Notes: generated by a model from the sequence alone, not told the origin. A stretch of DNA of 64,000 nt from Eledone cirrhosa (GCA_964016885.1 OZ024740.1:225122001-225186000), one strand, 5' to 3'. Shown: positions 1-14,476, numbered from the stretch's first letter. Numbers and translations are program-made.

Positions 1-439
1 ATGAATGAGTTCACCAAATTCAAAATACTTTAACTGGAAATATTTCTGCTGTTAAATAGGGCACAGCTGTCATTAAAAATGCTGGCACTCTTCTTTGCCA
101 ATCAATAATAGTAAAGATTTGCATATTGTTCTTGCCTCATAAATAAACCCAAAATTCTGAAAGAGTTGTTTCGTTTTTTTAGTTATAAAGAGTCAAGCTG
201 TGCATCCCAAAAATAGTAATGTTTTTCTTTGTGGATGGTGACAAATGTTTGTCTCATTTAGTGATGTAAGTTAAGCTGAACATAGATAGATATGTTGCAT
301 TATTTATTTAATTATATCAAATGAAATCTGATATGTTATAAATCAACAGATGGAAAAATCAATTATTTAGACACATTCTAAAATTTAAGAAAATTTACAG
401 TCAAAGAACCAAAACAAAAGAATAAAAGAAATTTTCCTA

Positions 440-1131
440 GATTAATCTTTTATACCAAACTATCTGAAACCACTCATGTTTCTTTTAAACTCTTTGATAC
501 CAAATTTCTCATGAAATACACTGTCTGTATGTCATTTTTGAAATAAACAACAATTTGGAAGGTTGAGAAAGAGAGCTAACATTCTCATAATCAAGCTGGT
601 GTCTGGAACATAACTTAACAAAGGTTCTTACATAAAATTTTCATGGCGTGTCCTTAGATAAATATATGTTCTTTAAAACAAACAATTTTTTAATACATAA
701 ATATATATTGTCTTTTATTCACAGTTTTATAAAAATATAATGATATAATGCTTACAGAACAAAAACACAAACACATAACATATACAAATATAAACACATA
801 AAAGAGAGATAAAAACATAAAAAAAGAAAAAAAGACAATTTGCCAACTGTGACAATCGGTCGGGCATCACATCGCAGAATTAAGGCTGGTTTTTAAGTAG
901 TTTGGGACCAAAATGTTTAAAATTTCTATATTTATCTAAAAACATACCATCATAATTTTATATAAGAAATTTTGTTGCGTTATGATTCCAACACCTACAT
1001 GATAATGAGAAAGTTACTTATTTTACTAAATCCTTCCAAATTCATGATTATTTTCTAAATGATTTGAAAATGATAGATGTCTTTCATTAGAAACATAGTA
1101 ACATTAGAAACATAGTAAGTGAAAGGATTAA
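440..1131. mobile_element. Fragments of an old non-autonomous DNA element (TTAA-ended, piggyBac-like MITE), interrupted by a LINE 3' end
   Basis: Shares 'tctgaaaccac' and 'tattttactaaatccttccaaattc..gatt' and the 'gaaag.attaa' end with 6019-6318. Confidence 0.4.
715..885 (-). mobile_element. 3' UTR remnant of an L1/Tx1-like LINE
   Basis: Homologous to 56630-56780 (atataatgctt.cagaa..aaaacacaaacacata ... g.gacaatcgg ... catcacat). Confidence 0.5.
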
Positions 1132-1489
1132 AAATAAACTCCGCAATTAAATTATAGGCAGCACCAATGTCTAAAATCTCACAAATTTAGTAATTAGATT
1201 ATTAGAAGCCCTAATATTTTGGATATTTTAAAATTTTAAATGTTGGAGGTGTACCTTTGTTTTGATAAGAGGTGTATATATATATTTGTCTATATTGTTG
1301 TGTTTAATTGATTTTAATGTTTTATTCATAGACACAATTCACCTTCATTGTAAATGCAATAAAAATAAATGGAATTAAATATTATATACACTCATGTATT
1401 TATAGATGTTTATGTGTGTATGGGTGTATATACAAAACACACATACATACAATGCTTTCAGGGAAAATGGATGTTAAATGATGATAATG

Positions 1490-1705
1490 ATGATATATAT
1501 GTATGTGTGTGTATATATAGATATATGTATAGATATGTATAATATATATATATATATATATATACAGACACATATACATATACATGTATTTATGTATATA
1601 TATATGTGTGTGTCTGTGTGTGTGTGTGCGTGCATGTGTGTGTGTGTGTGTATATATTGCAGACGATATCTATGAATGACATTACCAATCATATATATAT
1701 ACATA
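1490..1705. repeat. Compound (TA)n/(TG)n microsatellite
   Basis: Direct reading. Confidence 0.95.
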
Positions 1706-3789
1706 TTTATTGGTTATTTTCATATTCATATTTAATAAGATTTCTTATCAGTCTGTCTGATCACAAATAATCTAATATATACCTTGTTATCAACCTATCT
1801 ACATATTCAAGATATCTACATATTCAAGATGCTACTAGATTCTTATATACACTTACATAAGTACAATGACAATTATTGAGTTAAATGCCTGCTACAAGAA
1901 AACACACTATATTATTGTGCAGGGCTACCCTTGAAAAATGAATAAAATTAATATATAATCAATTTAAGAAAAAAAATTTAAATATTTATCAAAATATATT
2001 TTCTCGAAAATTCCATTGTCAGAGAGAATTATGTATTCATAAATAATTTTTTCCCTGTTTACTCATAAATGTTAATATTAAGCAAAAGCATTAATGGAGA
2101 TGTATTCAATAAATTTTGAATTTCATATATTTGTTTCCATTTTACATTCATGAAGATTTATTAAATAGGCATGATCCCCTTAAAGCTAGAAAAGTTTCAG
2201 CAAGTAGGAAGTCGTGATATTCCTCATCTTTCTTCATCTGCATTATTGGCATGAGAGAAATTCTCATTACACTGATGAGAATCCTATCTTAATATTCAGT
2301 TGATAATAATGATGATTATAAGGTGATTCATTATTATTCCAACTCATCTCTTCTTAACAAAACATATTCTACAGAGGTAATAGATTGAATGATAAATGTT
2401 TAAAAATCATCCTAAGGTCCAACACACCAGACATTCTGTTAAAAGATATTCCTGTCTGTCAGTTTTGGATATCTTGTGAAGCCATTTCATTTATTCTTTT
2501 TTTTTGGGGGGGGTTATGTTCTAAGTTTTCTATTTAGGAGCTTAAATGTGGTTTTAGAGAAGCAGAGTATAGCATTTGGGTTAACTAATGCATTATGAAT
2601 GAAATTTGTTAGAGAGACTATGTAGAAACCTGATATACATACATGTATTTATGTGTGTGTTTGTGTCTATCTATGTTTGCGTTTATGCCCACAAAGCTTA
2701 ATAATCAATGTTTGTGGAGAACACGTTTTAACCACAGAGCCATGCCTATAAGATCAAAATGAAAAGTAAATTAAATGTTTTCTTTCCTAAAACTTCAACA
2801 AACTGTGTGTCTTAGGTAAAAAGTTATAGGTTTTATTCTTCCTCATTTCAACAGTGTTTATATGACTGATTTGACTGTTAGTGATTAAAATCAATAAAGT
2901 TTGTTTCACTTTGTTTAGCTATCTTCAAACAAGGTGTTAAGCCACTAACTTGTTTTTATATTTTGTATGACAGAATTCAGTCTAAACATGGCCTGTCATT
3001 TCATAACATATTGACAAGTTTTCACATTATTTTGTAGCAAGTGCTACTTACAAAGTATTAAGTCATATTTGATTAGCTAGAGATGTATTTTATTTTTATT
3101 AATTTTCGTTTATCTAATTGAAAATTAACACTTTCATGTGACAGACCCAAAGCTGTAATTTGTTTATATTAAATATATATATACATAACCAAACATGCCA
3201 CGTGTGTATATACTGATCATAGACAACAGAATAACCGTCTGTTTATTATAGATCAGAATATATGTGCTTAAAATCATCATAATTTTCTGTTCATTTTCCA
3301 TGCAAGAATCTTTAAATTCTGTTTTTTTTTCTGGGAAAGTCAGATAGTAGTCTCGATATTTTAGCATAATCTATACTTCGATATAGGATGGTTAATTCAA
3401 TTGACATTCAATTTGAATTACGTTTGTGGTTGTAAGCAGAATAAAGAATTTTGTACAGTTTCCAATTTCTAGAAATTTAGCAGAGGTCATATGAGAAGTT
3501 ATAATAACAATGTGAGTGTTATTATGTTTTTCAACCTTAAGCGTATTTTTTTCTGATTTGGTCTGCCTAGTTTGCATAAGAAAGGAAAAAGCATGGGCTT
3601 CATGAATTGAGGTGACACTATGATGTGTAACTATAATTAGGGGTTGGTCAGTGTGCCAATGAGTACATATTAACATTAGCGGGAAGAACAAGGTTTTGAG
3701 AAGCAAACTATTGGCTATGTGGGACAGCGTATCTGTGATGTCTATCAGGTGGAAAGTTGACAACAAAAGACATTTGAGTCACTACCTTC

Positions 3790-4500
3790 TTACAGACAAC
3801 TGACGGTGCACACCCGGTCTGAACACAGCAGCACCAAACTCCTACTGTCATTGCCTCCATCTCTCTCGCCCTCCCCATCTATCTGTATTATGGGCAAATG
3901 TGGTCCCATATGCTGGCCGCCCCATGGCCCCAGCGGACAGAATGGAGAAAGTGTTTCGTAGACGATGGTAAGGGAGATGCGCTGGAAAAGACATTCCATC
4001 TAGCGAGGCTCACACCAGTGGGTAGCCAGCTCAGCACCTATGGTGGTAAGTGGGAAGGTAGCCCTAAGGCCAACGACACCAGAAGTCTCCACTGCTAGGG
4101 GCTCGACTGCAAACCTGTCGGAGAGCAACCAATACTTGGAGAATTTACCCTCCTCAGCCCGGAGTGCAGCAGAACCTGTGTTAGTTGCAGACCGCACCAG
4201 GTTGTAGCTGGAGAATGTGTAACTGCAAGAGGCATCCCAGACAAGGGGTTTACCACCGTGGAATGGGAAGATGGTCATAACATCAAGCCTTTTGCCATCC
4301 CCTTTGTCCAGCTCCACTGGCTCGAGATGGGAGGGGAAGCCTGTGGCATCCAAGCCATGATTTATGACCTCATTGAGGTGAGCAGGGCATGAAAGGTGGC
4401 CAGCACTATAGCAACAGGAAAGCCGAAAGGTGGAGGCCGAAAGTGTCCACGGTGGATTCGCAGTGACATTTGTGTGGCTCATAAATCCGGAGGCCAAGCC
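3790..4500 (-). mobile_element. CRE-clade non-LTR retrotransposon 3' fragment (restriction-like endonuclease domain), decayed
   Basis: ORF 4000-4497: HLNEVI..GL...GFPSHLEP..L.KGDGKRLD.MT.FPF.GGKPLVWD.SC..TF...AALRAEE.K.SKY..L....VEPLAVETSGV.G; continues past a stop as LFQRISL. Matches the CRE RLE pattern EP..L.R.DGKRPDG...WD...AE..K..KY...AVET.G. Confidence 0.8.
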
Positions 4501-4841
4501 TCAGGAAATTGTGAGATACTGATTAAAAATGTTGTATATAAATGACAAATTAACAAATCCATTAAAAAGTATGACAAAGTAATTTGTGGTATCTGTTCCA
4601 GCTCTCTGCATTCTGAATACAAGTGCTGCTGTGGTCTACTTGGCTGATAGATTTTATCTATTTCCCAGTTTGAGGATAGCTTCCTCTGTCTCCTCAGTTT
4701 TTCAGGCCCTGAAAAGAGAATTGAATTTTCGTTTGTGATTAAAAAAAAAAGAGATGAACTTGCTATGTAATTTAGAGTAAAATTTCTGAATAATATGGCT
4801 TTCTGAACCTGTAGTCATCAGAAAAAAGGAAGGTAGGTATA

Positions 4842-4914
4842 GAAGAAGAAGAAGAAGAAGAAGAAGAAGAAGAAGAAGAAGAAGAAGAAGAAGAAGAAGA
4901 AGAAGAAGAAGAAG
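4842..4914 (+). repeat. (GAA)n microsatellite
   Basis: Direct reading. Confidence 0.98.
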
Positions 4915-6018
4915 ATTGAAATTTGGTGTGAGTAGTTAAAAATGTTGCAATTATTACTTATTTTGTACCTGCATGTATGTTTTGTGAAAATGTCTGGCCT
5001 TGATAGTTTTCAGCTGTTATTTTTTCTCCCATTGCTTTTCAAGGTATTCGATGAAATGAAAGGCTTAATAACAGTATTTTGAGAAAAGATTTGTATTTTA
5101 CTTGAAGGGTGTCTACTTCCCTTGTGTTTATTTTTGGTAAATGATTTTGAAGAAAGGCTTAACCATTTGAACATTTACCCTGCTTTGCATGCAATACCTG
5201 ACACTGGGCGTTTGCTTTAAAATCCCTCCAAAAAATAATAATCATTTAATTAAACCTAAAAAAAGAATGTTAATAATTATATGAGTTTAACAAAAAGCAT
5301 TACAATGCTTTGCTGAAGAATTCAGGTTATAGTAACAGTGTAAAACAATCACTGATTCTTGTAGAAAGATTGTGTATATAACAATAGTAAACAGAAGTAT
5401 GCAGCAGAACAATAGGTCAAAGCCAGACATCTTCAGTGCCACAATACTAGGCCAACAGACTCAAAGTGTTAATAAGAGAATTTGCTTCTTGATTGAATTT
5501 GAATGTCCTACATGAAACTATTATTGTGATGTGTGATACTATGGGGTGATTGTTAAAGTCATTGATGATGCTAATTACTTTGTATAATGTTTTATTAGTT
5601 GTTTTGTGGCCTATATTAGATACAAACATTTATTGTTGTCCTCCATTGCTTTGGTTTATTATCGTCGTTATTTTCACATTTAGTTGATTGATGCTGAGTT
5701 TTATTTCTGTTTAGTGTGGTTTTGTTATGTTACGTTTGAGGTAGGTTTTTTACACTTTTTTCTATCAAACTGGCAATTTTAATTCTGTAATTTTGGTTAT
5801 ATATTTTCTATGCTGGAAGTACTTAGATATTGTTTAACATTTTCTTTACGTGTATCTAATAGAAAAACATTGCGTATCGTTTTCAATTAGTATGTGGTTT
5901 GGTTGCAATATATAACTGATATTCCTTCATTTTCTCCTGAACTATTTATGCTAGTGTTGGTGGTGTTATGTGTATTCTTGCCTTAATCTGTCTCTTAGTA
6001 TGCCTTTCAGATGTTTTC

Positions 6019-6318
6019 TTGAACCCGTTTGATAACAAATTGTCTGAAACCACCCTTGGTTCTATGATACAAATCTATTTACCTTAAATTGTTCATATTT
6101 GAATTTAAACCTTCCATAATAATTTTATGTATGGACAAAGTTATTCTCTAAACATCAGCTTAATAATGATTTATCTACAAGCCACACAGGGCTGCAATAC
6201 CAGCTTAATACTGAGAATATTATTTTACTAAATCCTTCCAAATTCTTGATTGTTTTCGAAATGGTGTAAAAGCTATAGGCAATGCCTTTCATAAGAAATA
6301 CGGTAATGAAAGAATTAA
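6019..6318. mobile_element. Non-autonomous MITE, TTAA/piggyBac-like ends (degenerate)
   Basis: Begins 'ttgaacccgtttgataac', ends 'ggtaatgaaagaattaa'; homologous to 440-1131. Confidence 0.45.
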
Positions 6319-7149
6319 GTTTATATGGTTATCTTTGTGAAAGAAAATGGCATCATAATAATTTATTGTCGGTTTTACTGACTAGCATGGGCTGTCTGTT
6401 GCAATTCTTAATATAAATTCTTTAATTTAAAAGATGATGAAAATTTAATTTTTGCGGATGATGTTAACAATGATGACAGCAGCTGCTGCTATGGTGGCTT
6501 GATTTAATCCATTTATTTACACTTTTAGGGAAAAAACTAATAGCATTACAAATTAGAGATTTCTCTCATGAAATTCTTATAAACAATTGACACCTAATTT
6601 AATCTTAAGCAAAATGTGGAGAAAATATTAAAATTTTGTTGAATTGCAAAAGGTAAAATCAGAGAAAATAGTAGTAATCTGTTGCTGCAAGCTGCTTAGA
6701 AAAACCAGTGTAGGTTAAATTTTACTTTTTACTTAATTCTAATATTTAATATGTAGATGGTGAGTTGGTAAAGTTGTTAGAACATTGGATCAATTACTTC
6801 ATGGTATTCCATTCAGCTCTATGTACATTGTGTTTAAAACCCTCCTTTTGAGGTTGATATATAAGGTACCAGTCATTCTCTCACCACTCGCATTCACCCT
6901 CATTTACATTCCTTCCCTTTCTCTGGAAAATATCATCTCCGCTCAAGAGAAGGATGAATGGGCTCTCCCAGGATTAAAATGCCCAAGAAATCAAGTGTAT
7001 CAAAATAATTAAAATGATCCATTCTTTTACTAGTTATTCAAAAGAGATAAGGCAATACGTATGCCCTTTACAGGAAGTATCATGCCAAGGACTCTCAATG
7101 CTTAGAGGCAAAGGCACCTTAATTAACGGGCATGATAGACCAGAGAAAA

Positions 7150-7340
7150 CTTTATGCTCCTTCATACCTCCTTATTATGTATCTGTTTAAATACACTTCT
7201 GAATAAATGAGTTTAATGCCTTTTATGATCAGTTCCAGTTTCTTCAGTTGATGCATTCATGAAAAACCTGAGCAAAAAGGTGATTCCAGAGGTTTGCAAT
7301 CTTGGGGATAAATAATTTGGGAATACAGAATAAAGATGAT
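7150..7340 (-). mobile_element. CR1/L2-type LINE ORF2 3' end, decayed
   Basis: FIPKIANLWNHLFAQVF..CIN resembles SFFPRT..LWNSLP..VFP..YN. Confidence 0.45.
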
Positions 7341-8209
7341 GAAAGATGTTTTTGCATTAGATGGGAGCTTGACTGGGGTTGGGATTCAATGTGTTTTCTA
7401 AGCTTCATGATTGTGTGGCCATACAATAACTGTATTGGTGTGACATACATCAACATATTGCTCCTCATTAGCCTTGATTTGTTACCACAAACATCAAAAT
7501 ATTGCCACATGGTGGCCTTCAATTTTAAATATTTTTGCTCAGTGGTTGAGAAAAATTAAAAGAAACACTGGTGTATGCTGCTTGTAATTTAAGATGAAAA
7601 GTCATTATTGAAATAGTGTTAGAAGAAGCAAATATTTACAGCAAAGTATTTTGTAAACCACTAGTTGTGTTTTGATGAGTGAGTATATATGAATTAGATT
7701 GTCTACTTTTCAAAGCCATATAGGTTGTTTGTATGTGTGTAGAAGCAGCACTGTTGCTGATACATAAACAGTGCTTCAGTGTTTGTCTTCCTTGAGCTTT
7801 GTCAAACATAAGCACTCAGTCAAGGGTGAAAAAAGTAATTTGTTACCCTGAAGCAGAAACACAGTCATTAGAATGCAGTATTGGCAAGATTTTATACGTG
7901 AATCATCATTAGAGATCAACACAAATAAAGACGTTGTGTGTTTGCTCATACTTCTTTGCAAATTCTTAAGCACCAGAGATATTTGTTGAGTGACTAAGAA
8001 GAAAGAAGCAGTCTCTATTATTGTGGTTCTGTGAAGATATTCGTCATAATCACCAAGGACCTACACAGAGGATGCAGGAAATTTGAGCTATCGGATGGGG
8101 TAGATAGCAGAGTTAGATATGTTTTCTCTGCTTGGAATGGCATGCACTATTAGAAATTAAATATATGATCAGTTAGTGTGCCTGATTAAGTATGACAGAA
8201 AATGTGGCT

Positions 8210-8440
8210 TGTAAATGTGGCAAGTTCTTAGAGTGTAGGGTAAAATGCCTTGCTGTATTTTTCCAACTCTCTGCACTTTAAGTTTGAATCCCACAGGGAT
8301 CAACATTAATTTCATTTTCTCAGGATTGATAAGATGCCAGCCTATGGTGATGGATTGGTGAAATTTTTAGAGCATTGAATGAGTTGCCTTACAACATTTC
8401 TCCTGGCACTTTGCTTTCTGAGTTCAAATCCTGCTGTCAC
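8210..8440 (+). mobile_element. Two old, diverged SINE family A heads
   Basis: Degenerate 'tggcaag..ttagag' and 'ctgagttcaaatcc' (B-box) motifs. Confidence 0.5.
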
Positions 8441-8846
8441 TTACTACATCATCCAATTTAACAATTACTTAATCCCTGGGTGCAAAGAGCCCTTTGTTAG
8501 ACCAGATCTCAAGTTAGAGCACAAATTCCTCCTTCCCTACCACCAGTCTCAAAAGTTCTCAAAATGGTCAATGGATCTGCCCTTCCATTTCTGACAAGAG
8601 AGTAAAATAAATGGTTTGGATTATGGATGGAGATTAGTAATGTTTTCACAGAAAGTATGGAATAGTCCTGTAACTCCTGATGGGTTGTAAAGGTGCCATA
8701 TTGACATACAACATTTCAAGAGCATTGCTTCACCTCACAAAGCCCTTCTCTTCTCAGAGATAGTACAAAACTCAATTTATTATTAATATTCGTAATAAAT
8801 GCAATTTGATGTGATGAGTGGGATTTTGATTGACTTTAATACAGAT

Positions 8847-9033
8847 CAGAGTTTTTCAATCAGTGTTCCACGGAACCCTAGTGCTCCACAAGAGGTTGTT
8901 AGGAGTTCTGCAAGAAACTGATAAATAAAGAGTTAGATAATAATAATGATATATATTAATTTTATGCAGTGGTTTCTTTAGATATGAAATTTATTTCAAT
9001 GGTTCAAGAAGTCTAAAAAGATTGAGAAACGCT
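8847..9033. mobile_element. hAT/Charlie-like MITE
   Basis: Imperfect TIRs cagagtttttcaa ... ttgagaaacgct; internal 'gttccacggaac'. Confidence 0.55.
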
Positions 9034-9289
9034 TGGTATAGATATTTCGTCTGAGTTTCTGTAGTTTAAAACGTTAATTCTTTTGCTGAAATAGATTTTT
9101 AAAGTTTCTTCCTGAGAAGATATATATTTAAAGTTTTCTCATAATTACCAATTTTTTGTGACTAAAAACACATGTTGCTTCACCAAGACCCTTTAAATAA
9201 TTTCACTGGTTTTACTGCAAAAAAAAAAAAAATAGCAATGTTTGCAAATTCAAATATTCCTTCTTTTTGTTTGTATGTTAATATTGTTT

Positions 9290-9660
9290 TTATTAATGAT
9301 AGTTATATTATATTTCTATAAAATACAATTTGCCAGTGCTATGATGCACACAAACACAAAAGCATATATTAAAGAAAAGGAAAGAAAAAACAAAGAAAGT
9401 AAAACAAACAAAATCAAATAAATATAACACATCAGATCATCTCCTCATAACCATTAGACCAAGAAAGAAGAAAATCATCTCATGCATAAAATTGTGTCAT
9501 AAATATTATTCCTGATAGCTTCCATTCTTCATCGATAGCCTTCTCATCAAGCAGCAATCCTTGAAAATAATCCATCAGCCCTTCCCCATGCACTGCTGCC
9601 TTCTTCAACATTCTCTTCATTCTCCCAATTAGACCCTGTCACCTCCTGCCTGCTCTGTTG
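9290..9660 (-). mobile_element. Probable L1/Tx1-like LINE 3' end, highly decayed
   Basis: A-rich 3' UTR resembling 715-885/56630-56780; short minus frame GRMKRMLKKAAVHGEGLMDYF..EEW. Confidence 0.3.
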
Positions 9661-10822
9661 AGTTGAATCTGATTAGCAATTGATTTTTTAAAACTTTATT
9701 TTTATCCTGTTAAAAAGAAAAGCATGCTATTAAAATTCATGGTTTATTTTTTTATTTATTTTTCATTTATATATAATATTCCATTTCGTTTTGTTAGAAA
9801 ACTTAAAATTTGACAGAAATGTCAGTAATATGAGAACTTATTTTAGTGCATGTTGCATATTTCTTTAATAACTTTTTCTCCGTATGGCCATGTTTTATTT
9901 GTTTATAATTAAACTCAGCTCATCTGTTCTGCTTTGCAGGTAGTAGTGACTCTTAAAACTCCTTCCACAGACAATTGAAATTTCGAAATTTCAATGCCTT
10001 AGGGCTTCTCTGATAAAAACAATGGTTTTCTGTAATTTTAAATTGTAATTACATTACTATTATAATATCTATGTCTTTTAATCATTTAAAATTATTAGTT
10101 TTAAGTTTAAATGCATTCTTCATCAGGAAGCTTTACAAAATTATGTTCTACACTTATTGACAAAATACTGATATGTATAAATTTATCTTCAAATATATTT
10201 AGCATATGTCAATGATTAGATCAGCGGTTCACACTCTTTTCTCTGTCAAGGATCCTTTATATTTAAATGGATTTTCCCCCTCATCGCAAGGCAATAAGCT
10301 GTTTAAAGCTTGGAGGTCCCTTGTTAAAGAATTACACCAGAAGGTATTATTGAAAACATTGATCAATTTTTGATGATATTGAAACCTCTTTTTACTCAAT
10401 GCCTTAAGCTTGTGATTATTTTGTTTAATGGTTAATTCCCACACTCCCTGTGAATGTTATACTGTGAAAATAATAAGCAAAAGACAGAACTGTTTATATT
10501 TAGAGAAGAATGGTTATCCAGCTCATGCCTTCCCCCTCCTCTTGTACTACATCTGCAGACACCAAGAGGTTCATGACTCCAGGATTGTAATTGCTGGCCA
10601 AGCAACCTCTTGCGTTTTTGATCTGTTGTACTCCTTTTCCAGATCTGGTTGAGGGTATCATGCCTGAAAAAAGAGCCTTTTGAGATTGAATAGTTGATGT
10701 CATGGATATTATAGCCTGTTCTTCACAGCATCACTTTCATGTTGTCTCCAGAGCAAGTATATAGAGTCAGCTTTCACCTTATTTTTGAGTTCATTTATTC
10801 TTTTATTTATCTTACTTTTAAA

Positions 10823-11070
10823 TGTAGAGGTTGAGGTCCAGCGGTAAGGGTGTTGGACTTATAATCATATTGCCATGTGTTGGGCTCTTGAGCAAAACAT
10901 TTCATTTCATGTTGGTCCAGTTTACTCGGCTGATGATGAGTACCAGTAATAGTGGGAAGTTTAACCCTGCTATGGACGGACATTTTGTTGAGAGGGAAGT
11001 CTTTTATTCTCAGTCGCTTCGTGCCACAAAATCGGAACAAGCACCAGCCTGACAAGGCTCCTGGTTTGTA
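10823..11070 (+). mobile_element. tRNA-derived SINE related to family B (different tail)
   Basis: A-box-like 'agcggtaagggtgttggac'; central 'cttgagcaaaacatttcatttcatgttggtccagtttactc'. Confidence 0.6.
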
Positions 11071-11976
11071 ATGGATTTTAGATTAGACTTTTAATTGGAT
11101 TTTATGGATTATAGATAAAAAAATGTTTCAACAATTTTTTTTTTTTTTTTTGTGCTTTATTACTTCGGCAGCCAATATTAGTTTTTATTTATATTCATTC
11201 ATAACTGCAAGCAATCACATCAATGAAATATGTAGCAGTTGCTTTCTCTTTCTCAGAAAAGTTTCAAGTATTTGTTGATACTTGTTTTAATATATGGAAA
11301 TTCTCTAATTAGTTCCAAATTTGATAAGAGTAATTCTTTGCTGGCATCTATAAGTCTAGGATCAATATATTACATGTTCAGAAATCTTCAATCCATCTTT
11401 TATTCAATGAACACTGGTGAATGTGTTAAATCTTTCTATACAAAACTTTACAGTTGCAGTATCGATCAGTAGAGAATATTAATTTCTTTTGACTAGGTGC
11501 AAGGCCAATATTTTAAGGAGAACAATCTAGTTGATTTGAGGATTATATTGATTGGTTATTTAGTCAGAATTATAGGAAAGGAATTTGAGGTCGGAAGATG
11601 TTCATGGATTTTCTAAAGATATTTTTGAGTTTAACTGAAAAATATCCACCTGCAATTGTATCAATGTTGCAGATTGTGGTTTACAGGAAGCTTTCCTCTC
11701 CAAAATGATATTTAAAATGTCATTGGTTTACCTGCATGAACAACCAAACTAAACTAAACGTTGAGTGAATTGAAGATCTTACTGCACTTGTGAATACAGA
11801 GGAACTGTTGTCTTGTTAGTTTTCGAAAATACCTGGCTATTTTTGTAGTGATCTTTAAGGGTCAAGCTTGTTAGAAACTCATTTTGAATTTGATCATGGA
11901 AAGCTGTAGGTGAGTATTTACCAATGCATATAGATTAATTTGTCACTGACACAATTCCCAATTAGCACATAATTAT

Positions 11977-12081
11977 AACCGAGGTTGACTTTGCCTTTCA
12001 TCCTTACAGGGGTCGATAAAATAAAGTACCAGTAATACACTGGGTAATTGCTGGCCTTGTGCCTAAAGTAGAAACAATTAT
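11977..12081 (+). mobile_element. SINE family A, 5'-truncated
   Basis: ccgaggttgactttgcctttcatccttacaggggtcgataaaataaagtaccag...agaaacaatta. Confidence 0.9.
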
Positions 12082-12224
12082 AACAGAGTGAAATTGAGGA
12101 TATTTGAGTTTGAGGCTAGATCAGAAATTTGCCTATGTATTCCTGCCATAGGGTTATTAATTGCGATCTGAGAATGGTTTGAATGTTCATGGATATAAAT
12201 ATTATTCTCAATATAACAATATAA

Positions 12225-12440
12225 AAATGGTGGTGGATTGACAGAATTGGCAATCCCATTGTTGTAATTGTTTTGGCTCTTAACATTTTGAGTTCAATTC
12301 CTGCCAGGGTCGACTTTGCCATTCATCATTCTGGGTTCAAGAAAATAAAGTACCAATCAAACATTGGGGTTAATCTAATCAACTTTCTCTTTCCCCTCCA
12401 AACTTTGCTAGCCTTCTGCCTGATTTAGACACCAATATAT
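12225..12440 (+). mobile_element. Older SINE family A variant
   Basis: tggtggattgacagaattgg...gagttcaattcctgccagggtcgactttgcc. Confidence 0.7.
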
Positions 12441-12590
12441 ACACTATTTTCAGAAGAGCCACCATCACATACATCAAGTGTGTAACCTGTGTAAAACTCT
12501 GAGCAATGAGGGAATGAATTCTCTGGTTGTTTTCTAATAAAAAAATTACAACATTCTATTTCATGTATTCTTTTTTCCATTTATACATAT

Positions 12591-12914
12591 GGAGGCACAT
12601 GGCTTATGGTTAGAGCCTTGGCCTTGCAATTGAAAGGTTGTGAGATCAATTCTCGGACCAGGTGATGTGTTGTTTCCTTGAGCAAGACACTTTATTTCAC
12701 ATTGCTCCAGTTTACTCAGCTGTAGAAATGAGATGATAGGGACTGGGATCCCTATCATTCAACTGTAAAGTGGACGTGTAGGCACCACGGGAAAAAAAAC
12801 ACCCAGCACTCCCTGTAAATGAGGTTGGTGTTAGGAAGGTCATCCAGCTGTAGAAATCAAGCCAGAATCAATTCCCGTCCCACCCTTGCAAGCAGAGAAA
12901 TGCGGACGTAAAAC

Positions 12915-12946
<32 letters not shown>
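12591..12946 (+). mobile_element. SINE family B, full length (tRNA head, CORE/V-like centre, RTE-derived tail ending (TGA)n)
   Basis: ggaggcacatggctta.ggttagagc...ccttgagcaagacactttatttcac...cccacccttgcaagca...(gat)n; near-identical to 59602-59942. Confidence 0.9.
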
Positions 12947-13084
12947 CACATAAACATGCATTGTGTGTGTGTGCGTATATGTATGTGAATATGTACATGT
13001 ACATATGTCTGTATATATGTGTAAATATCCAAAATAAAGACGTGTACACCTCAAATTCCTCTATAAAATAATCTGCCCAACACC

Positions 13085-13152
13085 TGTTTTCTCTTTCTCA
13101 TAATCTCTCTCTTTCTCATTCTCTATCTCTCATTCTCTCTTTCTCTCACCCA

Positions 13153-13199
<47 letters not shown>

Positions 13200-13599
13200 C
13201 CCCTCATGCTCTGTCTTGCATACACATACCTGTACGTGCATACAAACACACCTGCTCACACAACTTACCTCTTCCAAACTTATATATACATCAACTTTTC
13301 CCCATCTTCTAGCTTTCTGCCTTTTTGCGAAACTGACCCCTCCCCTTCTCTTACCTGTTTTTCTCATATATCTTTCTTAGAAGTATGTAAAGTGGGGGTG
13401 AATGTGTCTCTTGTGATTCATTTTTACTCATTCACTTTCTTTTTTTCTTCTCTTTCTTTCTTACTTAATTACTCTACCTCTTTTACTCAGTTTCTCTGTC
13501 CCTTTCTTACTCACCCTATCTCTCACTCATTTAATCACTCTCTCACATGCATTCAGCTTCTCTTTCTTTACTCCCTTTTCTTCTTTTTCTCTCTCCCCT

Positions 13600-13639
<40 letters not shown>

Positions 13640-13880
13640 ATGTTCACTCATACATGCACATCTAAACAAACACACTTTCTTTTTTGTTCTTATTTAAACA
13701 CTCTTTCTCATTCATTCAGCTTCTTTCTGTCTCTTGTATTCTCTCTGTCCCACACATACATATACACATGCAGACATCCACACACACACACACACAAACG
13801 CATATCCCATACACACACACAAACACACATCACATACACACACAATATACATACTATGTGTGTGGCTCTCTCTCTCTATA

Positions 13881-13915
<35 letters not shown>

Positions 13916-14170
13916 CCTGCATACAACCACACCCACACACATACACACACAAAAACACACCCACACAATATACATACTGTGTGCATGGCTCTCTCTCTCT
14001 CTCTCTTCTTCACACAGCCACACACACCAACAAAACATGTCTCTCATTCTCTTTCTCTTTCTCCTTCACACAGCTTCATACACACACATACACACACAAA
14101 CAAACACACACACACATACACACACAACATACTCCCTATGTCTCTCTCTATCTCTCTCTCTCTCCCTCCT
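13085..14170. repeat. Compound (CT)n/(CA)n low-complexity tract
   Basis: Direct reading; source of several spurious ORFs. Confidence 0.9.
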
Positions 14171-14476
14171 TCAAGAAAACGATTCAATATGAAAATAAAA
14201 TAGTAGTGACAACAACAACAACAACAGCAGCAGCAACAACTACAACTGTGCAATAATAAAAACAACAGGAGTAATGACTGTAAACAATAACAAACAAGAA
14301 TAGCAGCAAGGACAAACATTTGAAAAATAATTGTTTCTTCGTTGTTTATGCCCAACTCTTCAGCGTCAATATTATCTCTCCTTCGTCTACTTTTGTTATT
14401 TATTTCCTCTCTTTTCTGCAGATTTTGTCTCTTTTGGTTCATTATTGATTTAGATGGGAATATTTTTTTTTATTAT

